NCBI GenBank assembly: GCA_008690995.1
Contig: VRMN01000013.1
Span: forward strand, 124,001 to 188,000
Source: Porphyridium purpureum
Taxonomy: Eukaryota
Direction of reading: 5' to 3'
Length of the DNA: 64,000 nucleotides
Made by a program: the position numbers and the translations under genes. The notes below the pieces were generated by a model that did no database searches, was not told where the DNA came from, and was given only the letters and a program-made list of their open reading frames with translations. Below are positions 40,477 through 50,405 of the stretch, one piece after another; the first letter of the stretch is position 1, and the number at the start of each line of letters is the position of its first letter.

Positions 40477-41355
40477 ATGGGAGAGGTGTCGATCGAAAGC
40501 GTGATGGAGTACGTCCGGTCCAACCCGAGCGTGGCCATGGGCGTCGTCGTCGCGGCCGTCGTGCTCGTGCTCACGCCGTTTGTGCTGCAGTATCTCCTCG
40601 TCGGGTTCGGCAAGTCGGGCTCCGTCGCCCTGGCCGGGAAAAACGTGCCGAGAAAGTTCATGCTCATCTCGAAGAAGGCCGTCTCGCCAAATACGCGCAT
40701 CTTCCGATTCGCGCTCGAGCACCCAGACCAGAAGCTGGGGCTGTACCTCGGCGGCCACGTGCAGATCGCCGCACAAGTGAACGGAAAGCTAATCAAGCGA
40801 CAGTACACGCCCATCTCCTCGGAAGACGATCACGGATTTTTCGACCTCCTCATCAAGATCTACCCGACGGGCTCGCTCACGCCGTACCTCGAATCGCTTC
40901 GGCCGAATGTCGACGAGGTCAGCTTCACAGGGCCCTCGGGCAAGTTCAAGTACGAGAAGGGACAGGTCACGTCGTTCGGCATGATTGCCGGAGGTACGGG
41001 CCTCACCCCCATGTGGCAGATCTTCACGGCCATTCTCAAGGACCCCACGGATACGTGCAAGGTCTCGCTGATCTATGCAAACGTCTCTGCAGAGGACATT
41101 CTTCTGAAGGCCTCGCTGGACAAACTGGCTGCGGAGCATTCGGACAGATTTAGCGTATACTACGTTTTGAACGAGCCGCCCACTTCATGGAAGAGCGGCG
41201 TGGGTTTTGTATCTGAGGAAATGATCCGGGACCACATTGGCCTTCCGGCCCCCAAGAAGAAGGTGCTCATGTGCGGGCCGCCGCCCATGATTCGCGCCAT
41301 GCGCGCGCACTGCGGTCGCGTGGGATACTCGGATAATGAAATCTTTGGATTCTGA
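40477..41355 (+). CDS. CBR1: NADH-cytochrome b5 reductase
   Basis: N-terminal anchor; RQYTPISS, LLIKIYPTG, GMIAGGTGLTPM, LIYAN, MCGPPPM. Confidence 0.95.
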   Translation: MGEVSIESVMEYVRSNPSVAMGVVVAAVVLVLTPFVLQYLLVGFGKSGSVALAGKNVPRKFMLISKKAVSPNTRIFRFALEHPDQKLGLYLGGHVQIAAQVNGKLIKRQYTPISSEDDHGFFDLLIKIYPTGSLTPYLESLRPNVDEVSFTGPSGKFKYEKGQVTSFGMIAGGTGLTPMWQIFTAILKDPTDTCKVSLIYANVSAEDILLKASLDKLAAEHSDRFSVYYVLNEPPTSWKSGVGFVSEEMIRDHIGLPAPKKKVLMCGPPPMIRAMRAHCGRVGYSDNEIFGF

Positions 41356-42087
41356 TTATTGACTCGAGAGCACGCGCGCATAGAATTTAATATATGAGGA
41401 AAGTTTTGTTGATGTGTATTGTCTCAATGGATCCATAAGCACATGTGGCTTTCGTATAGGCACAAGCGCAGCGCGTCCCGCCTGCCACAAGTCGTCTGCA
41501 GCCGACCGATGCGGGGTCCCTTGATGATGACGATGTGCGTGCGCACGCGCCACGACCGCGTGGCGAGGCACGAGCTCTGGACCTGTACGTGGCATGCAGG
41601 ACTCGTCGGCCAGAGAAATTCTTTGCTCCACGCATAGACGGAACAATCTTTAAACTAGCACAGTGAGTTATTAAAAAGCAGCGAATGTCGTGCCGCCAGA
41701 CACTGACCGAGTGGCACACAATTCCTTTCAAATTTGCTCCGAAAATGCAACGGAAAGCGCGCACCAACTGGACTGTCCTCTTCGGTAGATGAATAGCCAT
41801 GTTCATTCCGTGGATAACCTTGTACAGCAGAAGCCCCATAAGCCCGCAAAGTCCAAAATCTTAAATAATCGTCCGCGCCCGGGCAATTTGTGACCCACTT
41901 CAGCCCCAAATGGTTCTGCCGGGAGGCAAGTCCTTCTCATTCTATCCCAGAATCAAGCCAGGAACCTCACAAATTACCGGGACCATACTACCATGAACTC
42001 GCCCATCGAGAAGATCACGACTTTTGAGCACGCGCCTTCTGACAAGAGAAAAAGAAAATAAAAGATCGGCCCGCAGCGAAACGCTGC

Positions 42088-43182
42088 CTAGAACAGGAAC
42101 TTTTTCTTCGGTCGGTTCGCGGGGATGTCTGTCTCCTCCGGTTCTGGTACGTACTTCCACTGCGGCTCCTTGACGACCTTTCGCTCCGGTTTCGGGTTGC
42201 TGTATGTTCCCTCAATATCCTCGCACTGCATCGCTTCGTCCCGCGAGCCCGGCAGGCGGTCGACAATGTGCACCTTCTTGGGTACTTGCATGACGGGCAA
42301 CATTGTTTGGGCGTGCAGCTTCATCCACTGCACGGAAACACGAGCGCCCTTCTTCGGCAACACGGCGCAGTGCACATCGCAGTCTGTGCCCTCGGCATTC
42401 CATGAGGCCCATGCGAGCGCACTATCCACAGAGTGATGCGATTTCATCACAGCCTCGATGGTCCCGAGGTCAAACTTGGCCTTCTTCGCGACCTTGTTCG
42501 GGTCGCCGCGTGGCATCGCGCGCTCGCGAGTGATGCGCTCAATTGGAGGCGCCTGTCGCTTGTCCACGTACTCTTTGAGCGCTTCTACCGTCTCGAGTGC
42601 TGCGTTGGCCTCGTGCGCTGCCAGCTCTGCCGCTTGCTGCGCCTGTTTGCATGCTTCGCGGTCAGCAGCAGCCTGGTCTACGGCGCTGCGGGCCTTGGTT
42701 GCGCGCGCCGTTGACTCGACGTGCGTGTTCGCCGCAATCTCACCCACCGCGTCAAATGTGTCTGTATTGACGCTCATCATCACGGGCGCGGAAGTGGCCG
42801 CCGCCATCAATGCGCGCTCCTCGGCCGCCTCCTGCTTCTTCTGCGCGATCTCTTTCTCGAGCTGCGCCATGCGCTTGCGCATGTTCGCCATATCTGCCTC
42901 GTGCTTCGACCTGACCTGCGCCTCGATGGTCACTTGCTGCTGCTCGAGCGCGCTCAGCTTGGCGAGCACGGCGGCCTGCGTGGCGCCGTCGACCGCGGTC
43001 TGCACGCCGGCCAGCGCCGCCACGTGCTCGTTCCGCTTCTCCATCTCCTGCATCAGCAGCGCCTGCGTCGCGCCGTGCTCCTCTGTCGCGCCGTGCGCGC
43101 CCGTCTGCACCTTATCCCGCAGCCCATCTTGATTTGAACCGAGCGTCGCGACGCGGTCCGTGAGGACCTCCAGATCCGACAT
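42088..43182 (-). CDS. Coiled-coil protein with C-terminal AMP-binding-enzyme C-domain-like module
   Basis: Ala/Glu/Gln-rich helical N-half; IEAVMKSHHSVDSA...VHCAVLPKKGA...LPVMQVPKKVHIVDRLP. Confidence 0.7.
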   Translation of the reverse strand: MSDLEVLTDRVATLGSNQDGLRDKVQTGAHGATEEHGATQALLMQEMEKRNEHVAALAGVQTAVDGATQAAVLAKLSALEQQQVTIEAQVRSKHEADMANMRKRMAQLEKEIAQKKQEAAEERALMAAATSAPVMMSVNTDTFDAVGEIAANTHVESTARATKARSAVDQAAADREACKQAQQAAELAAHEANAALETVEALKEYVDKRQAPPIERITRERAMPRGDPNKVAKKAKFDLGTIEAVMKSHHSVDSALAWASWNAEGTDCDVHCAVLPKKGARVSVQWMKLHAQTMLPVMQVPKKVHIVDRLPGSRDEAMQCEDIEGTYSNPKPERKVVKEPQWKYVPEPEETDIPANRPKKKFLF

Positions 43183-43837
43183 GGTCGTGCACACCAGACG
43201 CCACCGCACTCCCGCCCCGCAACACACCCCAAGCACCGCACACTCTCACGCTACCCCCCGCCGCACTCCCCCTCCCGTCCCCTCTCCTCCCCTCACCTCT
43301 CAAACCGCCGCTCCACCTTCTCTCCGTTCCTCTCTCCCTCCTCCCCCTTTGCCCCTTTTCCCCCTTCCCCTCACACGTTCCCACTCGAAACAGCACCCGC
43401 AGCGGCAGCCGCAGTAGGCGCACGAGTCAAAGTCGCCACGCGCACCGTTCATACCAAACCGCGCCACTTTCATACCAAACACGCGCGCGCAGCGCAGCCA
43501 CCATCGCTCGCGCTCGTTTCTGCTATAAATATACGCGCGTGCTAGTAAATCCCACGCGCGCGATGATTTTGATGCCGCACGTGCCCGTACGACACAAGCG
43601 TGGCCGTTTGGGTTTTTTTCTTTTGTTGGTAGGGAGGTACTGCGATAGAATGATATTGAGGTACAGCGCGACGGTATGAACGAAAAGTCGGGCCTATTGG
43701 GCTAGTGGTATTTTTTAGGTATGTTTTCTTGTCTTGAAAAGTGGCGCATGCGTGGACAGTACTTGTGTACAGTTAGCGGTTTGATGGTTAGGCGGTTTGG
43801 GGGTGGGGGCAGCAGCGCTACAGGGAGCGGGAGTGGT

Positions 43838-46771
43838 TTACTTGGCGAGCTTGTGGACAGAGCGTTCGTGCCGCGCGAGCTTGGATTTGAGCGTGAACGC
43901 AAAGCCGCAGATCGCGCACACGTGGTTGCGCGTGGCCACATGCACGATCTGCATGTGCTGCCGCATGTTGCTGCGCGTCGTGAACGTGCGCTCGCACGTC
44001 GGACACGCATGCAGCTGCGCGCCACCGCCGCGGACCTTTCCCGTGGCGCCACTGCTCGCAGCGCCGCCGCCACCACCCCCGCCGCTGGATGTCCCCATGA
44101 CCGGCTCCGTGTACGCATCCACATCGACTCCACCTTCCGCGCCGCTGTGGTCCTGGTCGCGCTCATGAGCTCTGGCAACCTTCCTTGACCGCTTGGCCTG
44201 CGCTTTGCCCTCGCTCACATTGACGCCAAAGAAGCGCACACCACTATGTCCAGAATTTCCCAATATCTCGTTCGTCCCGTTACCAGGCATGCTTGGAGGG
44301 ATAGATATAAACGAGTTATTAACTGCCCCCAAGGACGCGTCGTCGTTGCCCGGTGGCAACGGCCCACGCCGCGACGAATTTCCATGCCCAGCACTGAGCT
44401 CCACGGTCCCAAATAAGGCCAACCGACCGAAAGTTGGTACGTCATGTGCTTGAAAAGGCCGCGCAAACGATCCGAAGGATTGGGCTGCCGAGTCGGCGCG
44501 CGATTCTGTCCGTAGGATCGACGGCAGCAGAGGACTCCTCCCGGTCACATCCCGACTCCCACCGTTTGCGCCCAGCCACTCCACATCATTCATCGAACTG
44601 GTGCCATTCATCCACACCAACGGGGACGAGCTACGTTGTTGTTGCATGGGGTTAGGGGTATTGGCAAACATGGAGACGCTCCCCGCCCACCCGCTCGGGT
44701 CGTCTGGAGGCGACCCGCGCGTATCTTGCGATCCGATATTCGCTGGTGATACCGCTGTCTGAGCCTGGAGTACTGCTGCGTTTGGCCGCGCGGCGACGGG
44801 ATGTGTTCCCTTGCATGCACCACTAGTATTCAACACATGTGCACTAGCACCTTGGTCGCATGGAAACAAAGCCTCATTGTTTGGTCTGTCAAGTGGGCGT
44901 GAGAAACCCAGTAATGTGCTATGAAAGTCCTGCTCGTCGTCTGCGGTTTCCGGGTGCGTATTGCGCGGTGGACTTTTGGCTGCTTGACGATCCTGCGACA
45001 ACTGCACGTTGACAACGTTGTTCTGGCTTTGCCGCGGCGAAGCTGCCTGCGGTAGATTGGCCGAATGCACTTCGTCGTTGCCGCACGACTTTGATACATC
45101 TCGCGCAACGCGCTTCGCAGGGCGCTCGCATGCATCCGTAGGTACAAAATCGCAATCTCTTTCCTGTAAGAGGTCCTCGCGCTCGTACGGGAGCTTTGCG
45201 TCATCGACACGCTTGTCAAAGGACATTGCGTCGAGGGTCGACCCTTCTTCCATCTTGAGCGCGGCCTCACCTTGACACAGAATTGTGAGATTTGTGCTAC
45301 TCATATCTCGGACTGCCTTGACGACATCTTCCTTGCTATCTTCTTTACAAGCGTAGCCGGGGCCTGCTGCCGCGCTGCTGCATTTGGACGACACGTCACA
45401 CGACACGCTTCCTGCTGGCGCAATCAGCTCGTCACCAAGCTCTTCTATTCGTGCACGAGCAGGTATAGAGGTTCCCAGCTTCCTGCGCCTGATACGGTCC
45501 AACACCTCCTCACGCGCGTCACTTGCTGAGTCGGATCCTGTTGCACAACTACTGCTACCCTCCACGCTCGTTGAATGCGCGACATTTGAGTCTGTTATTA
45601 CGTTGCGCGACACGCCCAAATATTTCTCCGAAACATACTGGAAAAACTGCGAGCTTACCAGTTGCGTGTTGGCAAAGCCGTGCCAGCCAAAAACCATGCG
45701 CACGTACACTTTCTCCTCACCCACTTTGACGCCATTGCCTTTGAACAGCTCGACCTTCATACTGCATACCTCATTTCTTCTCGCCAGGAGCCTCCGCGTG
45801 TAGAACGACCAATTATCCAGTTGGCGAGATGATGAGCCGGTCACGTGCTGCAGCTGATTTTCTATAAAGTCTGCCTTGGGTGCCTGTTGCCGTTGATTTC
45901 TGAACGTTTCGGAGCACATGCACGCTTCCATGTTTCGGAATGAGCAAAATTGACATGTACTCGCCTGCACGAAATCGAAAAAGTTGGCCTTCATGAGTAC
46001 CTTATTGGGCACGCACCTCGGACTTGACTGTGCGAACCAATAGTAGCAGCCACTAAACGCGCCATCGCAGGTCATGCGGCGTACTTCGATGACAGACTCA
46101 CCGTTGGAGTACCACGTAAACAGCAAGAGCCGCTGTTCGCCTTCGTACACGCCCATGACGAAACGGCGTACGCCGGCAGGTTTGGCGTCCGCGCTGATTG
46201 GGAATTGGACGTGCCGATCCACCTGGAAAAAAATACCAAACCAAAAATTCTTGTACGCGTGAAGTGGGATCATGAGCCCGCGCATAATAACGCCATTTCT
46301 CGCGCTGGCGCCCTTGCCATTTTTGCCTTCGCTCGAAGTAGGGCCCGGCGCGGCGTCCATCGAGCGCTCGCCCGGCTTTTCTTCTGAGCCGCTCGACTCG
46401 GACTTCATCGCGTCCAGCTTCTTGTGGAGCATGGGTTGATTGGACGAGTTCACGCCCGTTCCGACGTCCGCGCTGGCCAGCTTGCCGATGTCGCGGTCAA
46501 TGAGGTAGGTCACACTGATGGCCTTATTCACCTCATTGACGGCGAGCACTTCCGGCTGGAGCGCGTCGAGCGCCGAGTCGCGCGCGTTCTCAAAGTCGAG
46601 CTCTTCCACTGGCGTGCTGTTCTCGTCAGTGACACCCAACAGCCAAGACGCCACCGTGTGATTGCTCAGCACGTTGAGCAGGTACGCGTCCAGGTCTGGC
46701 CCGCGCCACTGGTCGCTCTGCGTTGCACCGGAAACGCCGCGCATCTCGCGTATCATTTCTTCACACACCAT
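43838..46771 (-). CDS. C2H2 zinc-finger protein (two C-terminal fingers), probable transcription factor
   Basis: HACPTCERTFTTRSNMRQHMQIVH and HVCAICGFAFTLKSKLARHERSVH; long open frame; first ATG 46771. Confidence 0.88.
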   Translation of the reverse strand: MVCEEMIREMRGVSGATQSDQWRGPDLDAYLLNVLSNHTVASWLLGVTDENSTPVEELDFENARDSALDALQPEVLAVNEVNKAISVTYLIDRDIGKLASADVGTGVNSSNQPMLHKKLDAMKSESSGSEEKPGERSMDAAPGPTSSEGKNGKGASARNGVIMRGLMIPLHAYKNFWFGIFFQVDRHVQFPISADAKPAGVRRFVMGVYEGEQRLLLFTWYSNGESVIEVRRMTCDGAFSGCYYWFAQSSPRCVPNKVLMKANFFDFVQASTCQFCSFRNMEACMCSETFRNQRQQAPKADFIENQLQHVTGSSSRQLDNWSFYTRRLLARRNEVCSMKVELFKGNGVKVGEEKVYVRMVFGWHGFANTQLVSSQFFQYVSEKYLGVSRNVITDSNVAHSTSVEGSSSCATGSDSASDAREEVLDRIRRRKLGTSIPARARIEELGDELIAPAGSVSCDVSSKCSSAAAGPGYACKEDSKEDVVKAVRDMSSTNLTILCQGEAALKMEEGSTLDAMSFDKRVDDAKLPYEREDLLQERDCDFVPTDACERPAKRVARDVSKSCGNDEVHSANLPQAASPRQSQNNVVNVQLSQDRQAAKSPPRNTHPETADDEQDFHSTLLGFSRPLDRPNNEALFPCDQGASAHVLNTSGACKGTHPVAARPNAAVLQAQTAVSPANIGSQDTRGSPPDDPSGWAGSVSMFANTPNPMQQQRSSSPLVWMNGTSSMNDVEWLGANGGSRDVTGRSPLLPSILRTESRADSAAQSFGSFARPFQAHDVPTFGRLALFGTVELSAGHGNSSRRGPLPPGNDDASLGAVNNSFISIPPSMPGNGTNEILGNSGHSGVRFFGVNVSEGKAQAKRSRKVARAHERDQDHSGAEGGVDVDAYTEPVMGTSSGGGGGGGAASSGATGKVRGGGAQLHACPTCERTFTTRSNMRQHMQIVHVATRNHVCAICGFAFTLKSKLARHERSVHKLAK

Positions 46772-49700
46772 CGTGAACGACCACACTCGCCGCCACCTCC
46801 GCGCCCATGAATCCGCGCGAACGCCCGCGCGCGCTCCGCTCGTACCTCGTCGCCGTCCGACGCACGCCCACCCACCCGCCCGCCGCCCTTCTGCGCGCGC
46901 GCAGCTCACCCCACCGCCCGCTGCCGTTTCCTCTCCCCGTCTGCCCATCCGCTGCCCGTAGCCACCACGCGCTCTGCACGCACTCGCATCCAGCCGCTCC
47001 ACCTTACCAGTTGCGCCTTGTGCACTACGCCACGTAGACGTTTGCTCTCCCTCCCTTTTCTACCTTGGAACACCGTCTGCGCGTTTTCTCCCCGCTCCTA
47101 CATGACAAGGCTGGTCAAAACTGCAATTCTTCGAGTCTGCCTATCAGTAGATCAACGCCGACCGGTGAATTGACCCCTTTCTTCGCCGAGTGGGCGCTTG
47201 CGCCTGAACGGAAAGCTCGAACTTCGTACCACGCGATTTTATTCTCACCCACTAGTGCCCTTCCTTCTGGAAAGGCAACGAGCTAGATCTGCCGGTTTTC
47301 TCTCACGTCCTTTGGCAGCCCACAAAGGTGCAGGTGTTTTCGTACTCCGCTGGTGAGACTTGCGCGTCATTGTAGCGGCCATCCCAACCTCATACCGGGC
47401 GTGATCACGCGCTTTCGATGCCTGCGCGTCACGGCGCTCGCGTGGCACCCTTGCACTGCATTCGCGCCCTCCAGTGCCTGACATTGCCGCTCCGGTGCCT
47501 CCTAAACGGCCCCCCCAAAGTTCCTCTTATCTCTCTCACACTGCTCTGCTTGCGTCGCTCGAGATGTTAGCTTGAGTCGTCCGACAAGATTGGGCTCAGG
47601 CAAGCCCAGTGCGCAGTCTTACATTGTGCTTTCTTAGGATAGCAATGCTCGGGGTTTTCAAGACGGGACGGTGAGATTCTGCAAAACGCTGTGTGCACCC
47701 GCGACCCAAACTCTAGGAAAACACACGAAATTCCAATCCTCCGAGCCGACCGCCCTTTCTCGTGCGACTAGATGGCTCCGAACATTTACATACTCGTCCA
47801 TGCCAAACTTCAAAGGAATGGAGTTCAACATTCGCCAGTTTCGTGGCTATTCCGACCACGCCCGGAGCGTTTCTGTATGCCTGCTAGATCCTTGCTGCAA
47901 TCATGTTGGATTCCTGTCAAAGCGTCTCTGGATCTTGGGCGGCGCCTTGTAGGCGCGTTGTCATTCCTGACCCTGCTGTCTTTAACGCTGGCGCTTTCCC
48001 CACAGCAATGTAAAGGCACGGAGACGCGCAAGCAAGCCTCGGAGTGAAGACCAGGCAGGAAGTGAACGAGAACAAGAAGAGGGAAAAGGAAACTGCTAAA
48101 AGACCCTGAAAGCATCTGGGTTTGGTAGTCTCAGGTCCGGGCTGGCAGAAGCAAAGAGAGAAAATTGTCCTCTCCACCCGGACTGTTTTCTGTCTCATTT
48201 TCATACCGGATTCCACGGAGAGCGCTTACGAGCGACCACATGAAAAGACGCAGCGCATCCCATGCGCAAAGCCGAGTTTAAACAGTGTGACTGCAATTCC
48301 ACACAGTCAACTGACGACAATGAAGCAGGGTTGACATGGTGAAAGACCGGACAAGACATAGAAGAACCTTACGAAATTGTGCTCACTTGATGCGCGATTG
48401 TCAAACTCCCAGCAACCGCACAGTGTCTTCATTCGCGGCATGTCTATATTTCATGATTCACGCAGCAGGCTCGCGTCATTCAGCACATCCTGGTGACCAT
48501 TTTGACCGCGTCCCGATGCGTGCAAACTAAAGTCTGACGTCCAGGATTTTACAATTTGACATTGTTTTTCTGGCAACCCGCGGTAGCCCTGTTTGAGAGA
48601 ACAAGAGTCTGGCTTCCGACGTCGGGCGGCTACCGCTCTTTCTTGTCTAGGCGGTCCTCTGTTGGATATGCTGGACTTTCCTTGGTACCAAATAATCTCC
48701 TCAAAAATACATTCTTCACCGAATCACAGTCTCGTCTGCTGGACCGGCGCGTAGCCAGCCTGTATTTTATACTGGGCACCTGGGCTTCTCGCCGTGGTAC
48801 GGCTGTGTATATCTAGCCACAGCACGGAAACAGTCCCTTCGAGCCTGTTCATTGCACCTTGCGCTATCTACCAAGCCTCCATGTGCAAGGTGAGGTTTCC
48901 GGTCCTGCGCAGCACTCACGCTGCTCCCTATTCTGTACCGCACACCAGGCGGTTACAGAGCATCTCAATGTGCGCGGCTTTGGATGCTGCGAGCCCGCCT
49001 CTACGTTGCCTGACCTCGTCTGCTGCGCCGAGAGACGTCATCCGAAGAAAGCCATCGCACCGTTCCTCTCCCCGACCAACTCTGCCCTGCGCAATCCTCT
49101 GCCCCACGCAGTCACATAATTCCGCTCGTGGAAATCAACCGTGTCACCACCACCATTTGGCTACCCTTACTCCCCAACCGCGACCAATGCAGGATTCGTA
49201 AGCACCCGCGTCCACCCACCCACCCACCCACCCACCCACGCACGCGCGATGCCTGCAGCGTGCATACAAGCGGCCATCTCCGCTCACGACATCCGCTCCA
49301 CAAACTGGTTTACCTCCCCAGCCACTTCCCTTATCGGTCCGGTTCATTCGTTGCGCATCCCGCCCCTCAAAGAAACAACACGCATGTGCCACCACCAACA
49401 CTGTACCGCTCGGAATTTCTACATCAAAACGCCCCGAATTCAATAGACAACCCCTCCCCACCACCACCATCACTATGACTGTTACTAGTTGTGTGCTCTC
49501 CGTTCCACAAGAACGAACGACAACATGCCACACAACACAACCGACGTGGCGCGATGTATGACGCACGCGCGTTCTACTGGAAAGCGGTTATTTGTCGCTG
49601 GACGGACGCACGCGCGCAGAGGCGCGAGCACGTGGCGGTTCGGTTTGGCGTGCCGCGCCGGCTTTAACTGCGCCGCGCAGCTGGCTATAGTAAAACGGAG

Positions 49701-50405
49701 TGGTTTGGGCAGGGGATGCGCGACGGATGGTCGAAACCGGTAAGGCGGTAAGGCTGGTGCCTGAAGGTCAGCCATGGCAGCAGCTGTAACGAGCTTGAGC
49801 AGCTTCCGAGTGTCGTAAGCGTTGGTGCATGCTGATGGTTTATGCATGCTTCCATGCATGCGCCCGGGCGTCGGTCTGAACACGGCATGCGAGGGCGGAT
49901 GAACCGTTTCGGCAGGGAGACAAGCTGCACGGTCGGTTGGTTGGTGCTGCCCTGCTGCGGCGTGACTTTGGCACAGTCGCACGTCGAGCAGTGCGTGCGT
50001 GAGCCACAACGGGCAACAGAATGTGCGGAATCGACGTCGACAAGGACGCTGCATGGAGATGAGCCGCGCGACGCTTCGCGCGCAGCGACGCTGGTTGCGG
50101 CTCAGCCGCACAAGGCGCGCCAGATGCAGTCGGAGATGATGCGGCGCGGCGTTCATGCAGGAGCGTGCGCTGAGCCCGCGAGGGCGCAGCGTCTGAGCAT
50201 GGAATGGGAAGGCAGACGTGTTTGCATACGCGGCGCAGATGCAGACTTAGATTGCGCACAGCGTGCCGCCGCCCGCTGTTGACGAGGCGCACCGCTCGCG
50301 CCGTTCCCCAGCCGACTCGCACACGTCAGGCACACCCAAGACGCCCAACAGCGCTCTGAGCTGGACCGAGAGACGGAAGCGCGAGGCAAGGCGCTGCAAG
50401 GCGCG

